64,000 nt of DNA from Blasia pusilla (taxonomy: Eukaryota), in the NCBI GenBank assembly GCA_050084515.1, contig CM114271.1, forward strand, positions 41,044,001 through 41,108,000. The letters are read 5' to 3'. The position numbers and the translations under genes were made by a program. This document shows positions 63,300 to 64,000 of the stretch, one piece after another (position 1 is the stretch's first letter; each line of letters starts with the position of its first letter). Below the pieces are notes generated by a model. It made no database searches and had not been told where the DNA came from. It worked only from the letters and a program-made list of their open reading frames with translations.

Positions 63300-64000
63300 A
63301 TCCATGTCAAGCAGTTCAGGTCCATCGCCTGACCCAAGACATGGCGTCATGATGCCTCTGACACTGACGGTACTGCCGTCACTCTTATGGGAAATCCCAT
63401 CGCTCGCTCTCTCTTGTCGGCATTGGGCTCCACCAACCACTGAACCTAGTCATCCCCAACCAAGCCAAGACCGGCCTCCTTGTATGCATAGGAAGCGGGA
63501 AAACTCACAAACGTGGGCAAGGTTGCCCGCGGCCTGCCTACCTTGTTGACCATAGTCAACGGTGGTCGATCATCGTGCCTCACTGCCTGTGATCGACAAT
63601 CAGGATCTAGAATGGAATCCACTAACAAATGGGAGGGGCACTCCACTCTCACATACGCCATTGGTAACACCGCATGGGGCACCAAGTTGGTTCACCATAG
63701 ACACGGGCGATGGGCTCTAGAACCTACACTCGCCGCATCCAAGAACACTGCTCGGCCAACCCAGGCACGCACCTGATGAGCACTCGTCACCACCCGTGAC
63801 CTCAAGTCTCCTAAGATTAGCACATTCTCCAGAATGTAAGATGGAGAACGAGACTGGTGCTCCTGCAACTGCCGTAAGACCCTCAACATCTCCCAAAACA
63901 ACCTGGACCGAGTGTCAGCTAGCCCATTGCCTCGTCCAACACTCGATTGGCCCTGACATGGTCAACCGGAGATGACCAAATCAATGGTCCTTACCCGCTC
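63300..64000 (-). pseudogene. DNMT3-like methyltransferase domain (motifs IV-X) in copy D
   Basis: IDLVISG*PCQGQSSVGRGNGLADTRSRLFWEM...YILENV...FLDAASVGSRAHRPCLW*TNL...EPNADKRERAMGFPI...RHVLGQAMD, collinear with copy C. Confidence 0.9.

Larger units (their letters stand above)
58827..64000 (-). mobile_element. Gypsy copy D: (DNMT)-RT-RNase H-integrase-PHD-3' LTR; 5' part beyond right edge
   Basis: Minus strand: TIDLVISG*PCQ (PCQ 63953-63961), YILENV (63821-63829), DAASVGSRAHRP, GQAMD; RT LDLRGGYHQ, PFWLKNA, YIDD (62597-62608), FMGLANFYRRYV; RNase H ECLAVVWAVTHFKCYLFG..DHQPLKW; integrase HEELDHF..CMVC, LDF..TDQ..AER; PHD at the C-terminus. Internal deletions near 62876 (RT N-terminus) and 62260 (RNase H N-terminus). 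Confidence 0.92.

Overview
Eukaryotic genomic DNA from a plant, most plausibly a non-seed land plant (inferred from gene content and TE types; the species cannot be determined). There are three intron-containing host genes: a NOMO/nodal-modulator homologue (minus strand, 24 exons visible, running off the left edge), a WDR26/GID7-like LisH-CTLH-WD40 gene (plus strand, 4 coding exons) and an LRR-III atypical receptor-like kinase (minus strand, 2 exons). The intergenic space is filled with decayed transposons: a CRE-like non-LTR remnant, hAT MITEs and a transposase relic, a possible CACTA end, and solo LTRs. The most striking content is a Ty3/Gypsy family, present as four decayed copies (~20.2-22.3 kb, 52.4-54.1 kb, 55.3-58.8 kb, 58.8-64 kb). 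Its pol polyprotein carries a DNMT3-like C5 cytosine methyltransferase domain between protease and reverse transcriptase, and a PHD finger after integrase (composite order gag-PR-DNMT-RT-RH-INT-PHD). The copies are nested into one another, and their ~640-bp LTRs show a 4-bp TSD and an autointegration-like inversion. Everything was read by eye; no database searches were run.
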